Part shown: one piece after another, positions 25,090 through 37,156 of the stretch
Numbering within the stretch: the stretch's first letter is position 1
How the letters are laid out: each line of letters starts with the position of its first letter
NCBI GenBank assembly: GCA_905178155.1
Contig: CAJINV010000003.1
Location: 8,597,097-8,661,096 of the forward strand
DNA: 64,000 nucleotides
Origin: Amoebophrya sp. A120
Taxonomy: Eukaryota > Protista > Dinoflagellata
Reading direction: 5' to 3'
Program-made: the position numbers and the translations under genes
The notes under the pieces: model-generated
What the model saw: the letters and a program-made list of their open reading frames with translations, nothing else
Told to the model about the DNA's origin: nothing
The model's database searches: none

Positions 25090-26640
25090 TTCATGACTTG
25101 CACGGCCGGCGTGGTACACGAAGCGCACAAAGTGCTTGAGGTGGAAGCGGTTCGACGCTTGTCGCGCGCAACTAGAGGCGTAGTATGCCCCTTGGGTGTC
25201 ATCAACAGTGCCAGGCCCTGCGAGCCCCAGCAACAAGAGGCGACCGCGCCAACTCCCTTCGCCTTATTATCGGGAGAGGCGCGAGACCCAGAATTTTTTT
25301 TTCGTTTTGTTGAAAAGAAGGCCTTGTTGACAGATTTCGCTACCGTAATAGCTCACGCAGATGCTGCCCAGGTGTGAACCGTAGCGCATATACCTTCCTA
25401 GCACTCGTCCCAGGAGTGGTAGCAGCCACAAACTGCAAGCGCTGCGTTCTCTTTTGATCAGATTCAAGCTCTCCCATCATGTTGATGCTGACTAATTCCG
25501 CAATCCGTTTTTTTAGTTGTTGCCGCTCCGGGTCCTGCTCAGCCTGCAGCTGATTTTGATTTTTGTTTGCGAACTTCAACGAGAAAGCACTGCGGTTGTA
25601 TCGCGCGACAATCATAATCAATATGAAAACGAGTATCAGAATCAAGCCCAAGCTCAAGAAGAGTCAGAGCATAGAGCTTCATTTTCAAAAACAAAGCCTA
25701 TAGCTTTGCGCTTGCTTTTGCTTTTGCATTACAATTAGAATTAAACTGCATGGAAACGAAAACGATTATGAACATGCATGAGAACGCGAGCGAGAGCTGA
25801 GACGCTTTTTCTATACGAGAAGCAAAAGTAGGAGCACCTCTTTCCGGTGCTGTTCCATCTCCTCCGCGGCAACGGCAGGCAGCTTAATGCTCAGCCGCTT
25901 TACAATTTCTGCTTTGGCGAAGTGGCGGAGTTGCATCAGGTCCGGGCAGGCTTTTGCGATCTTGGCCGAGCCAGTCCATCCGTGCGCTCTGCTTGCAACC
26001 ACCTGGCAAAAGCTTTCTGCAGGGGCCGCTTGTTGATGGCCGACTTGTAAGTGAGCAAAGTCTTTCCGTTGTTCACTGCAAATGTTTGGCTCTCCGAATG
26101 CAGATTGTCCGAGATGATCGCGGCGATGTCGTCAAAGGATTGCAGTTGATCGAGCCGTCTGCGGATGGGCGATGCAGGCGGCTGAAAATCGGGATCAATT
26201 GCATGCGTTGCCGGTTGCCGGCGGCGGAGCTACCTGCTCGGCAGCGTGGAAGTTGTTTGCGACGGCTGAGCTCATCTTCGACGATGTAAATGATGCTGCT
26301 ATCTATTCCGCAATCGCCTGAAATAGCGTTGCCATGTATCACGTACACGCAAGGAAAAACTTTTATTATAGAACTACGCTCCTGATGTTCCTGCTCATAG
26401 TTTTCGTGTTCGTTGCACAGCGTGCAACGCACAGGCACTGGCGCACTCAGGTGGCGCATCGTCTGTATCTCTCTGTACGACTACGACCCTGCCCGATTCA
26501 TGTTCGTCCTCTGCAGTTCTTGTTCTTGCTGTACAGATGTGCTTTTCTCTCCCCCGCCGATCATGTGGCGCTTTGTAAAGTCTCACAAAGCCGACGAGCA
26601 CGACCCTTGACCGACGTTCTGACTTTGAGCCTGAGACGAT
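25090..26640 (-). pseudogene. Decayed multi-exon coding fragments
   Basis: GC-rich blocks with protein-like stretches interrupted by stops, alternating with AT-rich gaps. Confidence 0.3.
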
Positions 26641-27129
26641 CACACGACGCGACGCGTTCCTGTGTGTGTGTGTCGCGCTTTCACTTTCTGGCATAAAAAA
26701 ACAATACGCATTCTAGGTGCAGCTGTAGCAGTAGCTGCAGCTGTGCGACGTTTGTTTTTGTAGCTGCATCTTCATCGTGTCTACCAACAACCGATAAGAC
26801 GAGCAACCACTTTGAGATGCAAACACAACGAAGATACCCAAGAAGTTCAAGACCAAAGGCGAGCTCTTTCCACTAAAAACAACAATAATCAAAATCGGCG
26901 CAAGTAGAGCGTATGCGTAAATTTTGTCTAAATAAAAAAAGTCAACTTCGGTTTTGTTTTTTCAAATACGCATACAAAGAAATATCAAAAAACAAACAAG
27001 AACAACAGTCGAAGACTAGACTTCAGCTAAGGCGATGCTCATGCTTTCGCATTCAAGGTCTGAGCTTTGTTTTAGGTTTAGACAGCATACAGCTACTACT
27101 GCTTGTAAGTGGACAGCACCAAAGGCGAG

Positions 27130-28205
27130 ATCACTTCTTCTTCGAATCGGGGCGCGCCTTCGTCTGCGACGCCGTCCATTTGATCAACTCCAACAGCGGG
27201 TCTCTTTCGTACTTCGAAGTCTTCCAGTAGTAACCGTTCTTAAACCCGCTCTGTTCCTGTGTGCGTGGCCGCCGCAGTCGGCCCCTGCTTGTCCCAGTAC
27301 TTCACGCGGCCTTCGTACGCGATGACGCGCTGCTGGTGGCGCTTGAACTCGTCATCTATCGGAGCCTGATTTTATTGAAAAAATATATTTTCAATGCGAA
27401 AGCGAAAGGGTTAGAGGAAAGCACGAAGATGAAGGCAAACATAAAGCACGATCATAATGATGAAGAAGAGAATGAGCCTAAAGCTACACCTACATGTAGA
27501 AAAAAAAGCTAAACTTTGCGCGTCGTGCTCGTATTATCAAAACCAAAAAAGCTAAAACTAAAACCCAATAGCTAACGCCTTCGCCTCAAACATGACGTGG
27601 CTGAGTGGCGGGCTGTTGAGCATCCACATCTCGGCCATGATGCGGGAGCGGCGGAGCTCCCATAATTCGAACAAGCGCTGCGCGTGCCCGGGCTCGCGTT
27701 TTCCATCATCCCGATACTTTTCAAATTTCGTCTGCTGGTTCTTCAAGTCCGCGATGAAGCACTCCACGTTGTCCCAGTTGTCGACGTGCTTTTTTTTGAA
27801 CAGCCGCTCAAATTTGGCGTGGGCGTCGTACGGATGCCGATTGAAATCTTTCCAGTCCCAGTCGTTGCTCAGAAACTGCTGCATGATCAGCGTGTGCCCC
27901 GCGTGATCAGTGTAATACGGATCACAGTACAGCAACTCGTCGTAGGTCGGAAGGACAACTTCCGACAGATTGGGGCGTTTGAAAACTTGAGGAGAAGTGA
28001 AAAACTGCATGGCGAAGGACTTGAAGGAAGTATCGAGGTGCTGAAACGACGTCGCCAAGTTCTCGCCAATCAGTCCCGCCGGTTGATGTTTCTCGTCTGC
28101 TTTCGGCGATTCCTTGTAAGAGTAAAAAGCTGGCATGTATTTACGACGCATCATATCCAGTCCATCACTGGAAAACTCCTTTTGCTCCTTGGACATTGTG
28201 GCCAC
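27130..28205 (-). CDS. Hypothetical cargo gene (exon 1 ~27585-28205, exon 2 ~27130-27366 frameshifted)
   Basis: 215-codon ORF with strong codon bias (YDELLYCDPYYTDHAGH...); acceptor tcAG near 27367; probable GC donor. Confidence 0.6.
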
Positions 28206-28838
28206 ACACTGTCAGCAACGGCCTAGATCTAAATCCCAAAACCGTAATTGACCGAAAACAACAAGCGCGCGACACTTGCTACTATTTTGAGACTCGTCAT
28301 CGGAGTCGCAAGCTTTTTTTCGGTGCGAGAGTAAACAAATACTTCGGATCCGAGGAAAGACGCAAACGCTCAAAAGACAAAAATAGACTCACTGTTTGGA
28401 TCCTCCTTGCTCTCCCTTTGCATTTTTTTACTTTTATCCTTTTGCTTTTGTGCAGTTCCCAACAGACTCGCGCTACTCATTCCCTCTGCTCCTTTCGTTT
28501 AGATGATGGCAGACCCGTAGGCTTAGTCGCGCATCTTCTCACGTCGCAGATTCATGCTCGTTCTGATTCTCAATAGTACTAGACGCATACTAAATCTATC
28601 CTTAGCGTTGGATCTCGTTTCCCCTTGCGCTTGAGCATTCTATTTACAGCACAGATGTAAATAAAGCCAAAAGATTTCAGCTGTTCTTCTTGGTTGATCA
28701 CAATCATCATGACGATGCAGCACCTGTGGGCGTCCCGTTCCACCGCTTCCGCATTCGCGTTCGATGGAGCTCGTCAGCGGACCACGTGGGTTCGGCGTTA
28801 CCAGAAGACACACATCACGGCGGAGCCAAGCAGCATTT

Positions 28839-29103
28839 AAATAGTTGTGGTTCTACTATAAACAGCAACTATTTTAATGCTTACACCGTGACTCGAGATC
28901 ACAGTTTTTTTCGGTTCGTGTTGATCATCGGTTGATCTTCGAGCAAATAAATCCGGGTTAGGTGCTGAGTAAACGCGTTGGTTGATGAACAGATTGCGGT
29001 GGCGGCCGTAATTTATTCATCACCTTCGCTGAATATATTCAGCACCTAACCCGGATTTATTCAGCTCGCCAATATGTCGCGAACATCAATTTGTCCATTC
29101 ATA
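28839..29103 (-). repeat. Right TIR of the giant element
   Basis: Reverse complement of 5580-5844. Confidence 0.95.
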
Positions 29104-29104
29104 C

Positions 29105-29289
29105 CCTCATTGTTTTTCTCGCATAAATCCACAGACCTTTTGCCATCGGCTTCACTCGCGGAAGGAATCTTTAGAACTTGGACACCCATTGGAAAGAATG
29201 CGAATGGTTTTCGAATCAATTTTGGCGCAAGCCCAACAACCACCGCTGGGCGGCCAATCGCCTGCCCTGTGCGTTCCCGGTCCCATGCC
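29105..29289 (-). CDS. Host gene A exon upstream of the giant element (AWDRERTGQ...LCEKNNE)
   Basis: Acceptor ttttttttgcAG at 29291-29290; open frame; followed by GTATGA at 29104. Confidence 0.7.
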
Positions 29290-30129
29290 CTGCAAAAAAA
29301 AATTGACGCGAGTGCGGCTACGTTCTTTCTCTTTCCCGTCCCTCCACACCGAGAGCGACCGTCGGACTTCGACAAAGCAGGCGCCGGCGTGGAACCTGCC
29401 GCGGGATCAACCACAAGCGGCAGGAGCTTTGTGCGCCATGTGCAAAGCTTTTACTTTCAAAGCCGCGAGGCACAATCAGAGCCACTTTCTCGACATGTCA
29501 CGCGCGCGCGCTTTCAAGTGCAGTTATGCGTATAAATTTGACCCCCAGGTGGAGCCTCTCAACGAGTCACGCCTCAAAATAGCATCAACACGTACATGCC
29601 AAATCGGAATAGTACCCGCGTCGATTTGGTGAAAAATTTATGGGCGAACTCACAGAAGGGGCGCTGGAGCTGGTGAGCTGCGCTGAGAGTTTGCAAACTA
29701 TAGCGCACGATCTTACAAGCCCCTGCCCGAACGAAAGTTGCAAAAAGACAAGCAGCTCGAGTCCCAAAGTTCACGCTTTTTGTAAATCTTCTAAGCGAGG
29801 AGGTGAAGCCAAATCTGCAATCAGAACGACTCCGGAGTCCATGCGCTGCAAGAGATGGCACAACTGGACTCGTCTTTCGCAAGGGCAAGGCGCTCGGCAA
29901 AGGAGGACAACTCGAACTCAGGAGGGACGGGGCGGAGCAGTTGGAGTTGCCTTCCACGTCGCGCGCCGTGTTGTTGGCGCGGGAGGATGCTACATCTCGC
30001 GCGCATTCAGTAAGGCAACCATGGGGCCAGAAACTCGGGCACACCAATGCGCCGGGTGAGTGAGGATTTTGCCGGCTTCGCCCCTCCTCGCCGGCACGCC
30101 AAGAAGCTGCGGCATTTTGCCCCATAAAT

Positions 30130-30655
30130 TCACCGGAAAACCACCGCGATGATTTCTAAGTGTCGTCCAAACTGTACGGCGAGGCGACAAATTTCGCGGA
30201 TTTTTTCTCTACACTTACGAGCATCTTTCGACCATTGTCGCAGCTCGGAAGCGATCCCATACTTCGACAGCTGCCGGGAAAGTTTCTCAATTTGTCGGCC
30301 TGGTGTAGTCCGTTGCGGCATTTCGCACCGCGTCAGGATGCTTTTTTTTTTTGGGGTGCCATCCCCATTCTGTCTTTCAATGACGTCAAAAACAACTGCG
30401 ACGTTCTCTCGCCAATTTCCGGCCGGGCGCGGCAGCCAATGTGCCCAGTCTCGCGGAAGTGAGCGCCCTCGACTTGCAGCAACATCTTCCCTGCTACTTT
30501 CTCCGCCCTGGATCTTTCCCACGATGATATTGGTCCGCGGCGGCCTCTCCACCAGCTTAGCAGAAAAATAGTCGGCGTGCAGTGGTTGAAGTCCAACAGG
30601 TGTAGCTTTTTCCTGAGCACCAATTCCATAGCTCCCGCCCGTGTCCCAGGAGGAC
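30130..30655 (-). CDS. Probable host exon
   Basis: 176-codon ORF preceded by cttttgcAG. Confidence 0.4.
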
Positions 30656-32523
30656 TGCAAAAGCGGCGCGGCGACTTTTGTTTCTTCTTCTTCCTCTGCG
30701 ACTTCTTCTGTTTCCTCTGCGACTTCTGTTTCCGCTTCACCACGATCACGATGATATAGAGCAGGAGCACTCGGACTCGTTACAAATAGGGGCCGCGGAT
30801 CTTCTGCGGACTTGTAGCCAAAAAAAGCCGGGCGCCGGCCAAAAAAAGCGCGAGGGCCAAGAGATAACCAAGCCGCCCCGGCCGCTTGGGTTGTTCAGAG
30901 TAAATCAAGGCGCGCAGCTTCCAAGCACAAACAAACTCAAAGTGCGGCGCTTCTGCGGCATTTCTGACGCCATGGCAATGGGCGTTTTCTTGCTGTGTGC
31001 TGTGGCTGTCGTCTCATTGTCTAATTACTTACAACATACTGGCGCTGCTGCCAAGCCGGAGGGTCCCGCCAGAGCGAGGTGTAGTAGCCACCCGATTGGG
31101 CCCCAGCCCCCGGGGTCACAGTCACGCGGGGAGGGGCGCGCCCATGGATTTGTCTATAAAAAACCCGCGCCCGCTGAAAGTTGCCCCTTTTGAGGAATAT
31201 TCATGGGCGCTGCGGAGTTGTGGCCAATGGTCCTCGAGCTTGTAACGCAGCCCACGTCGGATTCGGAAAAAGAAAAGAGTATAGATGCGATTTGCGAAGG
31301 TGTGGCCGGTTCGCGGGAGTGGCCGCGGGTTTCTGAGTCGGGGACCCGCGGGTATTGTGCGGATATGCTTTTCTGGAACCAAAAAGAAATCCGCGGCCGA
31401 TGCTAAGCTAGTATGGCTCAACTTTTCCGCTCCGCGACGTAAGTATCCGTCTTCACAGAGGTTGTCTCGATATCCGCGCGCTCCGACTCAGAAATCCGCA
31501 GGCGCGGCTATGTCCGCGAATCAGCCATACAACCATCAAAAGTGCTGGCACTTTCTTGCTCCTTTTGCAAGACCTAGAGCGGGTCAGAAACTGGCGACTC
31601 AATCGCAGTGCTATGACCTCTAGATTTGGCAACAGCGCCTAGGTTTGGCATCCGCCCGCGCCGAGTCCCGCGCCGGACTCAACAACTTGAACTTTTAAAG
31701 CTAGAAAACAAATAAATAAACATGGCAGCCGCAGGCTTCGCGAACCGACCTCCGGTGCGTGCCCAGGTTTCTTGAGGTCCTTGAGTTTGCTGCCATCCTC
31801 TGCACGGCAAATGGGGCAGCTACAGGCCTGGCTGTACCGGGTCCTTTAATTACGGGGACAAATAAGAGAGCTCCAATAAAGAGACGAGACAGCGAAATAA
31901 GTTCTGCTGCCATGATGATGTCTTGCGATGTTGCCTTTTTCAAAGCAAGCGCAAGGGCAAGAAGCATTTATGCTGCCTCTGGCATGCGCTTGCGCAGAGT
32001 TCGGATCTGGGGCCGTATCCGCACAATATCCTTATGATCCCGATTTTTTAACGACACCACTCCAAGGCATACTGCAGCCGCATTTCTGGGTGCCCGGTAA
32101 CGTAGCTGAGGAGCGTTTCCATTGACCTTGTTGTTCTCTGGGCATCCCAAAAAGAGCTCCCCTCTCCTAGTCGGCATCGCAGGTGGCTTCCGCCCCGCAC
32201 TTGCGCCCTCGATTTCTCCATATATTAGTGGGCTTGCGTAATGCGGAGGCGCCGCTGGGTGCATAATATCTGGTTCATGTTTTTATTTTTATTATTTTTT
32301 TTTTATTCTTTATTTTGCTTCAGCTCCAGCGCCTCCTGCTCCTGCATCTGCTGGGACTGTGCCTGTGAATGCTCCTCCCAATAAAGTCGGTTTTGTTTAC
32401 GTTCTGTTTGCAGGGACGGACGAACATGACGACGAACTACGCAACAGGAGGAGGAGGGGAGTGGGGTTTTGCGCACATCAACACTTCGGCCCGTAACGTC
32501 CACGGATTTCTGACCACACCGCT

Positions 32524-33369
32524 CGGGATCCAACGCCCCGGCCCGGGGCGTTGGATCCCGATCCTCCGCGACCGGCTGGCGAATCTTGATCCCCATCCGA
32601 CGCCCCGGCCCGGGGCGCTGGATCCTCCCTTCCCAACCTGCTGGCCAACCTCGACTCCGGCCCATCCAACGCCCCGGGCGGGGGACAACCCCAGTCGCCA
32701 TCCAATGCCCCGGCCCGGGGCGCTGGTTGGATCCTCCCCGACCGGCTAGCCAACCTCGACCCCCTCCCGAGCGACGCGCCGGCCCGAGGCTTTGGACGGA
32801 CCCGTCGATGGCAGGCTGGCAACCCCTGTCGCTCGCCATCCAATGCCCCGGCCCGAGACGCTGGACCCGATCGCCAACCTCGTGCCCCATCCGACGCCCC
32901 GGCCCGGGGCGCTCGGTCCTCCCCGGCCTGCTGGCCAACCGCAACCCTCATCCCACGCCCGCCCGGGACGCTGGATCCATCGACGGCAGGCGGACAGTCC
33001 TAGTGGCCTGCCATCCAATGCCCCGACCCGGAGCGCCGGATCCCCCACAACCTGCTGAAGATAATCTTGATCCCCATCCAACGCCCCGGCCCGGGGCGCA
33101 GGATCCTCCCGGGGTTGCTGGCCAGCCTCGACCCACCCTCGCCGCCCCACGCAACGCCCCGGCCCGGGGCGGGGGATCCGTCGATGGCAGGTGGACAGCC
33201 CTAGTCGCACGCCATCCAGTGCCCCGGCCCGGGGTGCTGGATCCTTGGCGACCTGCTGGCCAATCTTGATTCCCATCCAACGCCCCGGCCCGGGGCGCTG
33301 GATCCTCCCTGACCTGCTTGCTGGCCAGCCTTCACCCCCATCCAACGTCCCGGCCCGGGGCGCGAGATC
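32524..33369. repeat. Array of ~14 palindromic ~32-bp units with related ~30-bp linkers
   Basis: Consensus catccaacgccccggcccggggcgctggatcc; the first copy is a perfect 18-1-18 palindrome at 32524-32560. Confidence 0.9.
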
Positions 33370-33541
33370 CGTCGTCGTACGACCTCACCGGAGGTCGTAC
33401 GACCTCGCCGGAGGTTGTACGCCCTCGCCGGAGGTTGTACGACCTCGCCGGACGAGGTTGCACGAGCTCACCGGACGTTGTACGACCTCGCCGGAGGTTG
33501 TCCGACCTCGTCGGAGGTTGTGCAACCTGGCCGAAGGTTGT
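33370..33541. repeat. 20-bp tandem repeat (gtacgacctcgccggaggtt) x8
   Basis: Direct inspection. Confidence 0.9.
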
Positions 33542-34363
33542 CCATCAAACCCACGGCCAGGAGTACCGCAGACCAGAGGGAAGGAAAACCCCCGGGCCTC
33601 CCGGACGGGAAAACTCCATGCTCCGGGCGCCCCGCCTTCACCGAAGGCTGGCTCACCTTACGACGGGCCATGTTCCGGGCCCCCCGGGCGTGGGTGTGAC
33701 GAGGGTCCAGGACGCAAAAACGCCGCGGCCCCCCGGCGCAAAAGTTGTACACATGCGCAGCCCCGGGCAGCGGCAGAGTTGCGCGCTTTGAAACCGAATC
33801 CAAAGCGCCTCGGCGGTCCCGGGCACGCACAGAAAAATTCTGAAGAACCAGCGTCGCGCAGGAGGTGTGCGTAAGCTCCCTCCGGCCAGACAATCGGGAA
33901 GCGATCGCGAAAGCTCCACGCCAGCCAGGAAATAAAGAACTCCGACTCCCCCGAAAGGGAAGGAAGCTGCGGACCTTCCGCAGGGGAGAGGCCCGCCATC
34001 GCTTCCGAAGGCGAGAGGAGAGGTCCGGGGCTGCCGAAGGTAAAAAATAAAAAGCTTCGGAGCCTCCCCAGAAAATCAATCGGGTGCTCGCTTCTTTAGG
34101 CGAGCGAGTAACTGTTTAAACGTACTTCTATCAACTCCCCAGAAAATCAAAAATAGAGATTTTTCATTCGGATAGAGCATTGCTCGTCGCGTTGGCCGCG
34201 GGCGCCGCAGACGAGGTCGCTGGTTTTGGTGTTGGGGTGTAATTCCTTTCTTTGCTGGTGGTTTGTTCTCGACTGTAATTCAATGCCTCCGTCGTTCTTC
34301 ATCTTCACAGCAACATGCTTTGCAAAAAGAAAAAAACATATCACCGCTACTACTCAAGCACCA

Positions 34364-34595
34364 TCAGAGCAAAGTACTAGCTACTGCCTCAAGCAGTGCA
34401 GGCAAAACAATAGTACCACGATCCAACTCCTTTTGCAAAGCATCCACGATTGCGTCTTTGATGTGGTCCTCACTTCCTGTTTCAGGGTTCAACGCTGCAT
34501 TGAGGATAGCAGTCCTGGCATTTCTGCACATCTCCATGGTGATTTCACCCTCCGTCAGAGTCACGGGAACCACTTCGATCGCCACACTGGCGTAC
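34364..34595 (-). CDS. Probable host exon (YASVAIEVVPVTL...ASTLL)
   Basis: Protein-like ORF directly after the TIR intron 34602-35743. Confidence 0.5.
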
Positions 34596-34601
34596 TATCC
34601 T

Positions 34602-35743
34602 GTGCAAAAGTATCGCACTCGTATAGATCCGCTACTGGCATGCCAATAACTTCTCACAAACCTCCCACCAACTTATCATCAACTTCTGCCCAACCTTTTC
34701 ACCAGCTTCCCAGCTGTTGAGAAGTTGGCGTGGATCCTTTGCCGCGGTTGTTGGGAAGCTTGATGCGGAGTTGCAATCCACACCAAGCTCCCCACAAGCT
34801 TCTGGCTAGGACGTCTCCAAAGGAATATCCCGGGCCTCGATTCGTGGCCGCGTGCGCAGTCACGAATCAACTCCCGCGATCATCCTGCTTCGGCTGCTAA
34901 GCGTGTGGAAGGCACCCTGGGCATCTCTTGCAGCTGGAGATCTGCGAGGTCCTGCACAAAAGACGCACGCCGATGCCGAACACCCCGGCGCATTTCGCGG
35001 CAAGCTTCGAACTTTTGGAGGTGTCATGTGATTTCTTGCGTGACGCCTTCAAAAGCTTGAAGCTTGTCGCGAAATGCGCTGGGATGTTCGTCGAGAAGTG
35101 CGTCCAGAAGTTGTTGAGAAGTGAATTGTTAAACTACGCAATAAACAATGTAGGACGTGCGCAAAGTTTCGCTTTTTTGTGAAAACCAACAAAACGCAAA
35201 CAGTAACTCATTAAAATTGAATAAGTAGCTACTGCATTAATTATGAGCTGACGCGTGAAAGTGGCCCGAGTTCAAAGCTTTCACGCCGAAGAGGCGCGCA
35301 GCTCCACATCGTCGAGGGCCGCTATCCTCCGCTTCCGTCTTTGATGGCTGCACGCAGGACAGATGCGCGCGCGCAGACATCACGGTCGCGCTGTCTGCCG
35401 CCTCGTGTATACGGCTTTATTGCGCGCGGTGCCGTCGTGCTAAATGATGAAACTGCTCTGCAGAGAAATAGAGAGAACAAGACTACGGGCTTCTTTCCAT
35501 TTATCTGCAACGTTGTTCCTTCCCGCTCCAAGCAGCGAGCACGATATAAATCGCAGCGGTGGAGTGACGCGACGCGTCGAGACGAGTTGAGAACGACGCC
35601 AGCACGTCGCGCCACTTCTCACCGACTTCCGCACCAACTTCGCGACCAACTTCGCGACCGACTTTTCACCATCACCAGTTTCTCCATCAGTTTACGCATG
35701 GAAAAAATTTTAGCGGATTTATACGAGTGCGATACTTTTGCAC
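34602..35743. mobile_element. 1.14-kb TIR element / introner-like intron
   Basis: 33-bp TIRs gtgcaaaagtatcgcactcgtataRatccgcta (34602-34634 and 35711-35743, 1 mismatch); on the minus strand it begins GT and ends ttttgcacAG. Confidence 0.75.
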
Positions 35744-36649
35744 GTGATATTTCGGTGCCAGTATCGAATATATTTCTAGCCATCGTGCTAGCGGCTGTGG
35801 CCAAGTCCTCCGTGGCCCAATATGGTGGGGGCGAGAGGCATGTATGAGTTTTGCGATGTATTGGCGGAAATACATCGCAAAAAATACATCATACATGGAA
35901 GATTTGAGCAGAACGACCTCACTTTCGTACATTATATATACATCACACATTGTACATCATACGTCGCAAATTCTCCGCTGTAGGTACCTCGTACACCATA
36001 CATCACACATCACACGCCGCAAGTTCTCCGCTGTAGGTACCTCATACATCACACATCGCAAGTTCTCCGCTGTAGGTACCTCATACGTCATACGTCACAC
36101 ATGGCACATCATACATGGCACATCATACATGGCACGTCATACATGGCACGACATACATGGCACACCATACATGGCACATCATACATGGCACATCATACAT
36201 GGCACATCATACATGGGGCATGGTGTGGCGTGGTGTGGTTTGGTTGGCTGTGTGGTGCTGCTTGGTGCTGCTGCTTGCTTGCTGGTTTGCTTGCTGGTTG
36301 TCAAAGCGCCGTTTTGACAACCAAGCCAAGCCAAGCCAAGCCAAGCCAAGCAGAAGCCCAAGCCAAGCAGCAGCACCACCAACACCAACACCACACCAGA
36401 CCGATAACAACTAGCCAACAACTAACCCGCGAGAACACAAAGGCAACCGATGTAGGGAATCCAACGCGCAATGCACGAGTGCGCGGGATGTACGATGTGC
36501 GTATACATTAATGTACAGCCGTACAATGTGCCATGTATGATGCATCAATGTACGATGTATGATACAGCTCTGATCATTGGAGAGGAAAAAAGAGGACTGC
36601 AACGGAACGCTTAGGGCCTTGAAAAATTGAAGCCATGCCCGGGCATGGA

Positions 36650-36693
<44 letters not shown>

Positions 36694-37156
36694 CACATAC
36701 ATACATACATACATGATTCGCCCTGTCTGGGGTACGTGACGCTCTGTATTTGATCGCGACACCTGGAAAGCGACCCACTCAAGCGATTTCTTCGGACGAG
36801 CAAGAGTGTACGACGACCCTCTGTGAACTCTACTGGTCTGACAAGACCTGTGGATCATCGCAAGAGGTGAACGTCGGACCCTGGAGGAGCCTATGCTTCC
36901 CCGCAGGGGGCGGGCGTTTGCTTTCGCTCCGGCAATCTCTATTCCTTGTTCCTGATGGCTGCATCAATGCGGTTCTCGCTTCGAGCGACTTGTAGATCGA
37001 TTATGCCACGGTCTTTAGATGTGTGGGCGCTCAGCCGCAAGCTGACTGCGCCGCACATCTCGCATCTCGCCCTCTAGCAGATGCCGACGCGTGCCTTCGA
37101 GGTACGGCCCATACAAAACTTACTTATTGCCTGGGGCTGGAGCCCCCGCCTGGGGG

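Larger units (their letters stand above)
5579..29104. mobile_element. 23.5-kb TIR element (giant introner-like DNA transposon with cargo)
   Basis: 265-bp TIRs at 5580-5844 and 28839-29103 (7 mismatches counted by eye); TSD CCTCAT at 5573-5578 and 29105-29110; flanks join into one ORF. Confidence 0.85.

Noticed and set aside
5579-29104. Polinton/Maverick (similar size, long TIRs, 6-bp TSD)
   Set aside because: No recognisable pPolB, retroviral-type integrase, ATPase or capsid, and no AG...CT termini. Not fully excluded without HMM searches.
32524-33369. CRISPR array
   Set aside because: Linkers are related to each other, repeats are degenerate, no cas genes are present, and the context is eukaryotic.
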